Shown here in pieces: positions 39,392 to 49,053 of a stretch of 49,718 nucleotides of DNA. Source of the stretch: Thermoplasmata archaeon (GTDB taxonomy: Archaea > Thermoplasmatota > Thermoplasmata > Lutacidiplasmatales > UBA184); assembly GCA_021828665.1 (NCBI GenBank), contig JAJZDH010000001.1:1-49718 (forward strand), read 5' to 3'. Both the position numbers and the translations under genes were made by a program. The notes under the pieces are model-generated. The model had not been told where the DNA came from. It did not search any database and saw nothing but the letters and a program-made list of their open reading frames with translations. Numbering within the stretch: the first letter of the stretch is position 1; each line of letters opens with the position of its first letter.

Positions 39392-42097
39392 TCAGTACGG
39401 CTCGAGGTCGCCCGTGATCGGGTCGATCTCCGCGGCCGGCGCCGGGCCGAGGCCGAGGCAGGTCTTCGTCCCCGGAGCGACCTCGTCGGACCCGGCATCC
39501 TCGACCATCGCCGAGGGGATCCCTCGGGCGGCCGCCTCGCGCTCGATCGCCTCGAGCTCCGCCAGGGTCGGCGCGAGGAGGAGGATCTTCCTCTGACCGG
39601 ATCGGCCCCACGCCTCCGCCCACGCCGGCCGCCGCCGGGCGGCGACGCCGCTCGCCCGCACGGCGGCGTCGGCGGCCTGGACCGCCGCCCGGACCGGCGC
39701 CATCCGGAGCTCCCCGCGAAGGACGAGAACCATCTTCACGTCCGTCGGTGGGGCCGGTCGGGATCCCGGCCCGATCGGCTCGCCGGCGGTCCCGCCCTCC
39801 CTGCCTCGCGGGGAAGGGCGGGCCCGGCTCCGGCGGCCCGGGGGCGACGAATCGGCCACCATCCGGGCCCCGACGAGCGCGAAGAGCCCGAGCCCCACGC
39901 CGGCGACGCCGAAGAGGGTGAGGACGGTGCCCACGGTGCCGTTGTACCACGCGACGGCGGGCGGCGGCACGGGCGCCTCTACCGTCACGTTGATCGACTG
40001 GGCGACCTCCCGGCCCGTGGCATCCCGGACGATCACCGACGCCTCGTAGGTGCCGGCGGCGGCGTAGGTGTGCGTCAGCGAGGCGTTCGGGGATCCGGCG
40101 CCGTCCCCCAGCGACCAGATGAAGGTGAACGGGGCGGTCCCCCCCGCGATGGCCGCGCCCAGCGTCACGGTGAGGTTGAACGGGGGCACGTTCGCCAGGA
40201 TCGCCACCTGGGGGTCCGAGTTCACGACGACGGTCACGCCGCCGCTGGCGAACGCGCCCACCGAATCGGCCACCCCGACGCGGGCCGTGAACTTCCCGGG
40301 ATCGGTATAGGCGTACTGCGGATCGGGTCCGCTGCCGGTACCCTGGCCCGGGCCGAACGCCCAGGAGTAGCTGAAGGGGGCGGTGCCGCCGTCGACCGCG
40401 GCGGCGAACGAGATCGGATCGCCCAGATCGGTGACGCGGGGCACCGCCTGCACCTCCGCGACGGCGACGAAGGGGTTCACCGCCTCGAGGAGGGAGGCGT
40501 TCGTCGCCACCCCCGTCGCGTTCACGAGGCTCACGGTGACATTGAAGAGACCGGGGCGGCCGAACGAATGGGTGGCGTTCGCGCCCTGGGAGTGGTTCCC
40601 GTCGGAGAAGTTCCAGAGGAAGGTCATGGGCGGCAGGCCGCCCGTGACGAACCCTTCGAAGGTCGTCGGGACGTCGACGGTGGTCGGGTTCGTGAGGGAG
40701 ATCACCGAGGCGGTCGGCGTGGGGACGACGACGATCGAGTTGAAGAGGGTGGCGGAGCCGTAGGTGGAGTCCCGGACGGTCACGGCGATGGCGAAGGTCC
40801 CGGTCTCGAAGGTGGGACAGGGGACCGCGGCCCGCGCGCTCGCGCCGGAGCATCCGGGCGGCAGGACCGCGTAGGTGTACGTGTACGGCAGCACCCCGCC
40901 CGCGGCGTACACGTGGATCCAGAAGGTATCCCCGACCACCACCGCCGGCCGCGAGACCGAGACGTTCTCGCCCGAGAACGCGTCCACGGCGGCCCAGGTG
41001 TTGCTCGGCACCGTCAGGCCGTACGGGGTCCCCACCGCGCCGCCCCAGTACAGGACCAGGTAGCCGGTCGCACCGTCGAAGGCGAGCGCCGGCTCCCCGG
41101 ACGGGGCCGGTGCCGCGCTGCCGACCTCCGTGATCCGGGCCCAGCCGGCGGCGGAGAATCCCCAGAGGGTGAGCGCGTCGGTCCCGGGGTCCTGGGAGAG
41201 GACGGCGCCGTCCTGGTAGGTGCTGTCGAAGGCGGCCGCCTCGGCGCCGGGGGGACTCACCGCCGTGGCGACCTCCGTCCAGGTCCGGTTCCGGTACTCC
41301 CAGGTGTCGTTGAGCGGCTGGCTGCCCTCCACGCCGCCCGTGAGGACCACCTCGCCGAGGAGCGGATCGGCGAAGAGCACCGCGCCGATCCGCGGCGCCG
41401 GCGACGGCCCCGCCACCGCGACCCGGGTCCAGTTCTCCCCGGCGAACTCCCAGGTGGTGCCGGAGGCGGAGAAGAGGAGGAGCCGCCCGGAGAACGGGTC
41501 GTAGGCGATCGAGCTCGGGAACTGCTGGAGCGGCGGCCGCCCCGGCCCGGAGAGGTTGCTCCACACCCCGCGGGAGAAGCCGTAGGTGAGCCCCCGTCCG
41601 AAGTCGTAGGCGACGACCCGGCTGCCGTTCGGGTCGTAGGTGAGCGCGGTGTCGGCGCCCGGCGGCGGGCCGTTGTCGCACGCGGCCCCCCCGAAGTTCC
41701 CCGGGCAGACCTCCTGCCAGGCTCCGTTCGCGTACGCCCAGGTGTCGCCCACCGGCTGGGCGGTGGTCGGGGAGACCCCTCCGAAGAGGAGAATCTCCCC
41801 ATCGAAGGCATCGTAGGCCATCGCCGCGCCGTACCGGCCCGGGGGGCTGGACCCGGGCGTCAAGTTCGCCCAGCTGTAGCTCGGGGGGATCCCCGGCGTG
41901 ATGCCGTGGGGGTGGGCCGCCGCCGGAACCGCCGGGGGGGCGGTGGCCGGCACGATCCGGTCGACGGCGACCGGGGAGGCGGGCCGGGGGGCGGGAACCG
42001 TCCCGTGGGCGGGGCCCACCGGGGGGAAGGCGAGGCAGAGCAGGACGACGGAGAGGACCGGCCCCAGACGGCCCGCCAGCGAAACGGCTCGGTACAT
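39392..42097 (-). CDS. Surface protein: signal peptide, six Kelch-like repeats, Ig/PKD domains, TM helix and C-terminal Pth2-like domain (901 aa)
   Basis: Kelch-like PPGRYGAAMAYD...LLFGG...GDTW. PKD motifs FLWNFSDG, YSWAFG, FIWSLGDG. TM VLTLFGVAGVGLGLFALVGA. Pth2 motifs KMVLVLR, W..SGQRKI, VEDAG, PGTKTCLGLGP, IDPITGDL. Confidence 0.85.
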   Translation of the reverse strand: MYRAVSLAGRLGPVLSVVLLCLAFPPVGPAHGTVPAPRPASPVAVDRIVPATAPPAVPAAAHPHGITPGIPPSYSWANLTPGSSPPGRYGAAMAYDAFDGEILLFGGVSPTTAQPVGDTWAYANGAWQEVCPGNFGGAACDNGPPPGADTALTYDPNGSRVVAYDFGRGLTYGFSRGVWSNLSGPGRPPLQQFPSSIAYDPFSGRLLLFSASGTTWEFAGENWTRVAVAGPSPAPRIGAVLFADPLLGEVVLTGGVEGSQPLNDTWEYRNRTWTEVATAVSPPGAEAAAFDSTYQDGAVLSQDPGTDALTLWGFSAAGWARITEVGSAAPAPSGEPALAFDGATGYLVLYWGGAVGTPYGLTVPSNTWAAVDAFSGENVSVSRPAVVVGDTFWIHVYAAGGVLPYTYTYAVLPPGCSGASARAAVPCPTFETGTFAIAVTVRDSTYGSATLFNSIVVVPTPTASVISLTNPTTVDVPTTFEGFVTGGLPPMTFLWNFSDGNHSQGANATHSFGRPGLFNVTVSLVNATGVATNASLLEAVNPFVAVAEVQAVPRVTDLGDPISFAAAVDGGTAPFSYSWAFGPGQGTGSGPDPQYAYTDPGKFTARVGVADSVGAFASGGVTVVVNSDPQVAILANVPPFNLTVTLGAAIAGGTAPFTFIWSLGDGAGSPNASLTHTYAAAGTYEASVIVRDATGREVAQSINVTVEAPVPPPAVAWYNGTVGTVLTLFGVAGVGLGLFALVGARMVADSSPPGRRSRARPSPRGREGGTAGEPIGPGSRPAPPTDVKMVLVLRGELRMAPVRAAVQAADAAVRASGVAARRRPAWAEAWGRSGQRKILLLAPTLAELEAIEREAAARGIPSAMVEDAGSDEVAPGTKTCLGLGPAPAAEIDPITGDLEPY

Positions 42098-42125
42098 CGT
42101 GGTCGTCTCCCTCTCCCGGCCCGGT

Positions 42126-44384
42126 TCAGTCTCCGAAGATGGATCGGCGCGGCGGCGGGGGCGGGTTCTTCCCCTGGCGGCCGCCCGCGCGCGGCGGGTT
42201 GGTCGGGGCCTTCGCCCCGGGCCGGGCGGTCAACGCCCCGGAGGGGGCTGCCACCGCCATGCTCACCTTGCGCTTGACCCGAAGGCGGGTGAACCCCGCC
42301 GCGATCGCGCCGCTCGCGATCGGGGCCGGGGCGAGCAGCCCCGGGCCGGCGCCCGGCGGCACCGGAGTCGACCCCGGGGCCCCGGGAGGCACGACGGGGG
42401 CGGTGGCGGGGGGCGGGAGGATCGGGGAGGGGGGAGGCGGCGGCAGGACGTTCTGGATCGGCGGCGGAGGCGGCCCGCTCGGCGGCTCCAGGGTGAGCAG
42501 CCCCGGAGGGAACGATATCGATTCCACCGTGGAGTTCTCGAACGGCCGGACGGTGACGGAGGTGAAGCTTCCGTTCACCGCGGTGCTGCCGAGGCCGTAG
42601 CAGGAAGGGGTGATGCAGGCATCCACCGGATACGTCCCGAACGGCGGCGCGGTGGCGTAGGCGTTGAACGAGGCCGACCAGCGGGCCCGGTCCACGAACT
42701 GGTTGCGGTCGGGGGCGGCGCTCCATCCCCACTCCAGGCCCACGACCCCGGGGGCGATCGGCACGAGCGTGGTGTTGGTGTCGCAGTCGGTGGTGAACCC
42801 GATCGGATCGAAGCAGCTCGCGGTCGGATCGAGCCGGCTCAAGTTGGTGGAGAACCCGAGGTTCCCGAACGGGACGAAGAGCATCTCCGGCGCCGCCGGG
42901 AGCGCGACGGAGAGGTCGGGGACCGCCGGTCCCGGTTCGTAGACCGCCTCGAGGCTCAAGGTGATCCGGGTGACGTTCGTCGACGCCGGGCAGGAATCGG
43001 CATTCCCGATGCAGATCCCGGGCGGGTCGGCGGAGACCGAGAAGTCGAACCCCAGCGGCGGAGCGACGAAACTCCAGGTATCGTTGAGAAGGCCGCCCGG
43101 GAGGGTCCCGTTCGGCCACTGCTCCCCGCCGAAGGCGAGGAGGTAGCCGTCGGCGGCGTCGTAGGCGAGCGGCGAGAGGCCGAGCCGGAGGGTCGGGTTC
43201 ACCGTGGGGACCGGAAACCAGCTTCCCCCGAGGTACCCCCACGTCACGTTGACGGGCGTCCCGTACTGCGGGTAGACCTGCTCGCCGACGAGGACGACGT
43301 ACGCGACGGCCGGATCGTAGGCGACCCACGCTCCCCAGACGAACGGCGGGCTCGTCGCGGGGAACTCCTCGGACCAGTGCCCCCGGGCGTAGGTCCAGGT
43401 GACGTTCGGCTCGAGGCCCGCGAGACCGGGCGCACCGTTCCCGACCAGCAGCACGTACCCGTCGGCCGCGTCGTACGTCATCGACTCCTGGTAGGCGTCC
43501 GGCGGCGGGCCGTGGATCCCGAGCGGCGTCCAGCCGCTGCCCCGGAAGATCCAGGTGTCGTTCGCGACCCCCCCCGAGCCGAGGACCCCTCCGAACAGGA
43601 GGACGTAGCCGTCCCGGGCGTCGTAGGTGATCGGGGCATCGAGACGGGGCGAGGGACCGGCGATGTACAATTGGGTCCAGCGGCCGCCGGAGAAGGTCCA
43701 GGTGTCCCCGTTGACGGGGCAGCTGATCCGGGGGCAGGCGAGCTCGCCGCCGAAGAGCAGGACGACGCCGTCGGCGGCGTCGTAGACCAGGCTCTCCCCG
43801 ACGCGCGGCGAGGGACCGGAGATGTTGAGCCGGGTCCATTGGCCCCCGGCGTACGTCCACGTGTCGGCGTAGGCGCCCGCACAGCCGGCCTGGCAGACGG
43901 GCGCCGTCAAGGTGGCGTTGCTGCCGCCGAAGAGCACCACCTCGGAAGCGGCGATGTCGTAGACCATCTGGGCGTCGGTGCGGGGGCTCGGGGCCCGGGA
44001 GGTGTTGATGCGCTGCCAGGTAGGCCCGGAGAGGGCGGCGCCCGGCCGCTCGGCGCCGCCGATCCCCGGGCAGGTGGCGGCGTACGGACCGGAGAGCCGG
44101 CACCCGGAGACGGGGGGGCTCGCGACGGTGGGGGCGGCCGCGAGGGAGGCGAGGGCCTCGGCCAGCGGACCGCCCGCGGGGCGGTCGGCGACCGGAGCCG
44201 CCCCGGCCGCCGGCACGGTGGCGGGGAGGAGCGAGGCGAGGAGGCAGACGAGAAGGCCGAGGATGGCGAGGCCCCGGGCAAGGTGGCCGTCCCGGCGGGA
44301 AGGGCCGGGCCGTCGTCCGGCGCGCGCCGCCGCCGCGCCGTCCTCCCGTTCCGCCTCCCCGGCGCTACGCGACGACGCTGACAT
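42126..44384 (-). CDS. Secreted six-bladed Kelch-like protein with a Cys-containing C-terminal domain, Pro-rich stalk and SMAVAA tail (~752 aa)
   Basis: ATG 44384 overlaps the upstream gene end by 20 nt. Signal helix GLAILGLLVCLLASLL. Six repeats of the type PSPR...YDAADG.VLLFGG...DTW. Confidence 0.82.
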   Translation of the reverse strand: MSASSRSAGEAEREDGAAAARAGRRPGPSRRDGHLARGLAILGLLVCLLASLLPATVPAAGAAPVADRPAGGPLAEALASLAAAPTVASPPVSGCRLSGPYAATCPGIGGAERPGAALSGPTWQRINTSRAPSPRTDAQMVYDIAASEVVLFGGSNATLTAPVCQAGCAGAYADTWTYAGGQWTRLNISGPSPRVGESLVYDAADGVVLLFGGELACPRISCPVNGDTWTFSGGRWTQLYIAGPSPRLDAPITYDARDGYVLLFGGVLGSGGVANDTWIFRGSGWTPLGIHGPPPDAYQESMTYDAADGYVLLVGNGAPGLAGLEPNVTWTYARGHWSEEFPATSPPFVWGAWVAYDPAVAYVVLVGEQVYPQYGTPVNVTWGYLGGSWFPVPTVNPTLRLGLSPLAYDAADGYLLAFGGEQWPNGTLPGGLLNDTWSFVAPPLGFDFSVSADPPGICIGNADSCPASTNVTRITLSLEAVYEPGPAVPDLSVALPAAPEMLFVPFGNLGFSTNLSRLDPTASCFDPIGFTTDCDTNTTLVPIAPGVVGLEWGWSAAPDRNQFVDRARWSASFNAYATAPPFGTYPVDACITPSCYGLGSTAVNGSFTSVTVRPFENSTVESISFPPGLLTLEPPSGPPPPPIQNVLPPPPPSPILPPPATAPVVPPGAPGSTPVPPGAGPGLLAPAPIASGAIAAGFTRLRVKRKVSMAVAAPSGALTARPGAKAPTNPPRAGGRQGKNPPPPPRRSIFGD

Positions 44385-47300
44385 CCGTCCATCCTGAGGT
44401 CGTGTAGCTCCAGAGATCCCCTTGGCCAAAGCCGGCGATCCCCCCGGGGATGGCCCCGGAGAGCCCCGAGTACCCGGCCGGCGACGGGGAGGTCAACCCC
44501 CCGAACAGGAGATCGGCGCCGTCCGGGCCCGAGAACGGATCGAAGACCATGCCGGCACCCGAGCGCGCCCCGAGCGGCGCGGGACCGACGACCGGACCGG
44601 ACCAGGTCCCCGAGGCGGGATGGTAGATCTGGAGCTCGTCGACCGGCTGGCCCGAGACCCCCACGCCACCGTAGACGAGCATCTCGTCGAGCCCGGTGTC
44701 GAAGCTCGCCGCCGGGTCGAAGACGGCCCGCGGTCCCGGGGAGAGCTCGGACCACCCGAGCTGGATCGAGATCCCGGAGGGGGCGGCCGGGGGCGGTGGC
44801 GGGAGGGCCGGGAGCGCCCAGAGCGCATCCTGGACGCCCCCGGCCGCGGGGGCCATCCCGCCGTACAACAGGTAGGTCGCGGAGAGCGGGTCGAACACCA
44901 TCCGGCCGCCGAAGCTCGCCGGGGGGCCGATCTTCGGCATGGTGTCCTGGCTCCACGACCCGTTGAAGAAGCTCCACGCGTCGCCCAGGGCGCCGGAGCC
45001 GTTCCAGCCGCCGTAGACCAGGGTGATGTTGGCGAACGGGAACTCCGAGGCCACCGCGGCATCGGCCCGGGCCGGGGGGCCGCCGGAGATCGTCACGTTC
45101 GACCAGCCGGCGCCCGTGAATTCCCAGGTGTCGTTCAGCGGGGCGGTGCAGGCCCCGTTGTTCGCGGCGTTGTCCGGGCAACCGCCCCAGAGCAGGATCC
45201 CGTCCCCGCTCGGGGCGTCGAAGAACAGGATCGGGTCCCACCGGGGCGACGGCCCGCAGGTCGCCCCGCAGACCTCCTTCCACAGACCCCCGGCGAAGAT
45301 CCAGGTCGTCGCGGTGGACGGGCCGAGGTTGCAGGCTCCCGGCACGAACGTGCCGCCGCAGCCGCCGAAGAGGAGGACGTACCGGTCCACGGGGTTGTCG
45401 ACCAGGGTCGCGCCGAATTCCGGTAGCGGAGCCGTCGGTGGCGGTTGGAGGGCGGTCGACGGGAGCGGCTGCCATCCTCCGGACCGGAACGCCCAGCCCA
45501 TCCCGCCCTCCAGCGCGTTCGAGGTGCCGATCCCCCCCCAGAGGAGCGGGGCCTGGAGCCCGGGATTGTACGACAGGGTGGCGAGGTAGACGGCCGGAGG
45601 GGCGGCGGTGGTCCGAAGCTCGGTCCAGACGCCCCCGCCGGTCGCATTGAAGCGCCACGTGTCCGCGAGCGGGCAGGGCCGGCCGCAACCACCGAAGAGG
45701 AGGAGCCCGCCGAGCTCCGGGTCGTCCGAGAAAGCAGCCTCCTGCCGGGCCGGCGGACCCTCGGTGCGGCAGGAGAGCGAACTGCAGGCGGTCCATTGAC
45801 CGCCGCCGAAGGTCCACGTATCCGCCATCGGACAGATCGCGAAGCCGCAACCACCGAAGAGGACGAGCTTCCCGGCGGTGGAATCGTAGGCGAAGGAGGC
45901 GCCGTCCCGCGGGGCCGGGGCGTGCCGGGTCCCCACCTCCGTCCAGACCCAGTCGGAGAGGGCGGCCAGGTACTGGAGGGTCCACGTGTCGCCGAGCAGC
46001 CCGACCGGTCCGTAGCCGCCGAAGAGGACCACCTCCCCCGAACTGGTGTTGAACGCCATGGCGGCGGAGCTCCGGGGCGAAGGGACCGCCCCCTCCGGTC
46101 GGAGCTGCTGCCAGCGGCCGTGGCCGTACTGCCAAAGGTCGTTCAGGTACCCTCCCGAGGAGTTCTGGCCACCGAACAAAAGGACCGATCCGTTGTCGAG
46201 GGTGGTCGCCGTCAGGCTGGCCCCGAACCGCTCCGGGGGGGAGGGAGTTCCGGCCGGAGGGACCGCCACCTGCCAGGCGTCCGACCGGGTCGCGGGGGAG
46301 TACGGGTCGAAGGTCCAGGTCGACCGGTTGCCGCAGCTGAAGCCGCATCCGGAGAAGAGGAGGGTCGCGTTGTCGCTCGCGTCGTACGCCGACGCCGCCC
46401 CGTATTCGGGCGGCGGGAAGGACTGCGGACCGATGAGCCCGGAGTAGGGGAACTCCTCGGGCGGCGCGGAGAGCGGGTTCGCCGCCCAGGTGTCCCCGAG
46501 CGGCGACCCGATCGTGGAGGTGCCCCCGAAGAGGACCACTCCCCCGTACGGGGTGCCGACCAGCCCCGCGTCGTATCGGGGGACCGGGGCGGTGACGGCG
46601 CCGAAGGCCCCCGTGATCGCGCCGGGGACCGCCGGGCCGTCCCAACCGTCCTGGGGAGACCCCCATCCGGGGGGGGCGGCGAACGGCATCCAGTGCAACG
46701 GGGAGCCGCCGAAGACCCACCATCCCGCGCCGGGCTCCGTCGCATTCCCGAGGACGGTGCCGTTCGCTCCGATCCCGCCGAACATGAGCGCCGCTCCGGC
46801 GAGGCCGCCGCCGGAGTAGCTCGTGAGCGCGGCATCGTACCGCGGCGTGGGGCACGGATAGTGCGCGGAGCAGTTGACGGCGTTGAAATATTCCCACCAG
46901 GAGCCGTCGTAGAACAGCCACGTGTCCCCGAGCAGGCGCGCGCCGCGGTCGCAGTCCACGACACTGTTCTGGCATCCCCCGAACAGGACGACCCCGCCGG
47001 AGGTCCCGAGCTGGGCCATCGCGGCACCGAACCGCTTCGGAGGATTGAACGCCGGTCCGGGCGGAGTGTACACCTGCTGCCAGCGGCCGCTCCGGAACGC
47101 CCACGTGTCGCCGGCGGGACAGGAGCGCAGCGCGCATCCTCCGAACAGGATGACCTCCTGATCGGAGCCGTCGTACGCCATGCTCGCCTGGAACCGCGCC
47201 GTGGGCGATGCGAAGGAGGAGATGGCGGTCCATCGACCGACACCCCCGCTCGGATCCAGGTAGCTCCAGGTATCCGACAAGAGCTCGTACGGTCCCGGGC

Positions 47301-48132
47301 AGCTGTTGTTGGCGAGCATGGTGAGGGAACCGTTCGCGCACCCCCCGAACAGGAGCGTGTAGCCGTCCCCGTAATCGTACGTCATCGCCGCACCCCAGCG
47401 CGGCCCGGGACACCGCGAGGCGGAGCAGGCGAGGTAGGGGGTCACGTTCCACCAGGTGTGGTCGCCCACATCGAACTGCCAGGTGTCCCCGTACACCGAG
47501 GTGTTGTAGGCGGGGTAGCCCGGCACCAGGGTCCCACCGTCGGTGGCGGCCCCCCCGAAGAGGAGCACATCGAACCGGGTTCCGTTGAGGAAGAGGGCGA
47601 GCGAGGCCCCCACCCGGGGGCTCGGACCGCCGCCGGGAACCGCCAAGGCGCCGGGCGCCGCCGAACGGCCCGCGCGGAGCCCGGGGGCGACCGCGGGCCC
47701 CGGGGTCGCGAGGGAGGCCGGCACCGGGCCGGTCGCCGGGTTCTGGAGCCCGCACTGGGCCTCGGAGCCGGTGCGGACGCAGTGCATCGGGACGCCGCGG
47801 GCCGGTCCGCTCCCGTTGTCCAAGGAGGCGATGGCGGCGGTCAGGCCGCCCGTGCCGCCGCCCGCGCCGGCGGGGGACGAGATCGGCGCCCCGACGGTGC
47901 CGGGGCCGGCGGGCAAGGTGCCCGGGATCCCCGTCGCCACGAGGAGCGCGACGGCCAAGAGCGCGAGCCGCCACGGGCGGAGGCCCCTCCGGCCCCCCCG
48001 AATCCGCCTCGGACCGGGGCCGGGACCCTCGGTGGCGGCGGTCCGAGAAGGGAGGCCCGGGTCGGGAGCTCGAGGTCCCGTGGCCGCCGTGGCGTTCTCC
48101 ACGTTCCAGCGGACGGCGGGGGGCTCACGCAT
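44365..48132 (-). CDS. Secreted protein with 18 Kelch-like repeats and no C-terminal anchor (~1255 aa)
   Basis: Likely ATG 48132 (MREPPAVR). Signal helix WRLALLAVALLVATGI. 18 counted repeats of P.PR.GA...YD....LLFGG(C)...DTW. The upstream part of the tracked ORF overlaps the 48282-48707 gene and is not used. Confidence 0.85.
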   Translation of the reverse strand: MREPPAVRWNVENATAATGPRAPDPGLPSRTAATEGPGPGPRRIRGGRRGLRPWRLALLAVALLVATGIPGTLPAGPGTVGAPISSPAGAGGGTGGLTAAIASLDNGSGPARGVPMHCVRTGSEAQCGLQNPATGPVPASLATPGPAVAPGLRAGRSAAPGALAVPGGGPSPRVGASLALFLNGTRFDVLLFGGAATDGGTLVPGYPAYNTSVYGDTWQFDVGDHTWWNVTPYLACSASRCPGPRWGAAMTYDYGDGYTLLFGGCANGSLTMLANNSCPGPYELLSDTWSYLDPSGGVGRWTAISSFASPTARFQASMAYDGSDQEVILFGGCALRSCPAGDTWAFRSGRWQQVYTPPGPAFNPPKRFGAAMAQLGTSGGVVLFGGCQNSVVDCDRGARLLGDTWLFYDGSWWEYFNAVNCSAHYPCPTPRYDAALTSYSGGGLAGAALMFGGIGANGTVLGNATEPGAGWWVFGGSPLHWMPFAAPPGWGSPQDGWDGPAVPGAITGAFGAVTAPVPRYDAGLVGTPYGGVVLFGGTSTIGSPLGDTWAANPLSAPPEEFPYSGLIGPQSFPPPEYGAASAYDASDNATLLFSGCGFSCGNRSTWTFDPYSPATRSDAWQVAVPPAGTPSPPERFGASLTATTLDNGSVLLFGGQNSSGGYLNDLWQYGHGRWQQLRPEGAVPSPRSSAAMAFNTSSGEVVLFGGYGPVGLLGDTWTLQYLAALSDWVWTEVGTRHAPAPRDGASFAYDSTAGKLVLFGGCGFAICPMADTWTFGGGQWTACSSLSCRTEGPPARQEAAFSDDPELGGLLLFGGCGRPCPLADTWRFNATGGGVWTELRTTAAPPAVYLATLSYNPGLQAPLLWGGIGTSNALEGGMGWAFRSGGWQPLPSTALQPPPTAPLPEFGATLVDNPVDRYVLLFGGCGGTFVPGACNLGPSTATTWIFAGGLWKEVCGATCGPSPRWDPILFFDAPSGDGILLWGGCPDNAANNGACTAPLNDTWEFTGAGWSNVTISGGPPARADAAVASEFPFANITLVYGGWNGSGALGDAWSFFNGSWSQDTMPKIGPPASFGGRMVFDPLSATYLLYGGMAPAAGGVQDALWALPALPPPPPAAPSGISIQLGWSELSPGPRAVFDPAASFDTGLDEMLVYGGVGVSGQPVDELQIYHPASGTWSGPVVGPAPLGARSGAGMVFDPFSGPDGADLLFGGLTSPSPAGYSGLSGAIPGGIAGFGQGDLWSYTTSGWTDVSVVA

Positions 48133-48281
48133 CTCGTCATCAAACCCGTCGGGTGCGCATAATGGTTTGTTCCGAACGGTTCCGGACGGCCCCGCGGACG
48201 CCGCGATAACCGCTCCGATCCCGCGCGAGGCCCGTCGCTGCGGCAGAAGCTCCGGCTCTCCGCGGGCGGGGGAGTCCGTCC

Positions 48282-48707
48282 TCAGGCACCGACGCCTTGC
48301 TTCGGCTTTTCCCCGCCACCCGAGCTGATGCCTTCGCCGTGCCCCTGACCGGCGGTGAAGGAGAAGATGAGCAGGAACGTCACGGCGATGACGAAGGCGA
48401 TGATGATGATGGCGTCGAGAGGAATCGTCTGGGGGTTCGTGTACGTGAACCCCGACCCGAGGAACGGTATGGGCGACTTGGGGGCGAGGAAGGTGAAGAT
48501 CCCCCAGGTCACACCGATGAAGATGAGGGTGATGGAGATGTCCCGGTCGCTGTAGGGGTAATCCTCGGGAAGCTTCCCGTACCGGAGGACCAGGAACAGG
48601 AACATCAGGAACAAGGTGATCAGCAAGGTGTACGCGAGGAAGACTCCGATCGCGAGATAGAGGACGGCAAAGACCGTCAGCGCAATGGCATAGAGCGGGA
48701 CATCCAT
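48282..48707 (-). CDS. Small multi-pass membrane protein (141 aa)
   Basis: About four hydrophobic segments. GGTTTAAGA TATA-like element at 48744-48752. Confidence 0.75.
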   Translation of the reverse strand: MDVPLYAIALTVFAVLYLAIGVFLAYTLLITLFLMFLFLVLRYGKLPEDYPYSDRDISITLIFIGVTWGIFTFLAPKSPIPFLGSGFTYTNPQTIPLDAIIIIAFVIAVTFLLIFSFTAGQGHGEGISSGGGEKPKQGVGA

Positions 48708-49022
48708 CGGAACGCACTCCGTTCGGGACCAAAGAAGGGCACCTCTTAAACCTCTGCCGAGAACCTCGGCCCCGGCCCTTCCCGACCCGCTTCCGGCGGG
48801 TCCGGGGGCCTTTCGGTGGGAGGGCCGAGGCGAGGCGACGACCGGAACCGCCGCCGTCGGAGTTCTCGAGCCCCCTGGCCGCCGGAGCAGGACCGATCTT
48901 CGACCGACCCGATCCGCGCCGTCCGTGGGACCGAGGCTCCGCGAGCCGGTGGAGGGAACGATCCGGCCGCCCGTCGTCGGGCCGGAGGGTGGCGGCGGCC
49001 CGGCTTCACCGGGACCACTTCA

Positions 49023-49030
49023 TTTAAATA
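49023..49030 (+). promoter_or_regulatory. TATA box for the 49054 gene (leaderless spacing)
   Basis: TTTAAATA ending 24 nt before ATG 49054. Confidence 0.7.
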
Positions 49031-49053
49031 CAATGAACACGGCAATCGTTCGT

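Noticed and set aside
39392..48132. CRISPR-like or DNA tandem repeats (recurring ccgccgaagag / ccaggtgtc strings)
   Set aside because: These are codons of the Kelch LFGG and DTW motifs inside ORFs, with irregular spacing and no identical repeat-spacer structure.
48133..48732. Upstream extension of the 1455-aa Kelch ORF; likewise the tracked extensions to 7752, 11900, 14268 and 28173
   Set aside because: These extensions overlap neighbouring genes or promoters. Downstream ATGs give proper signal peptides, SD/TATA spacing or ATGA coupling.
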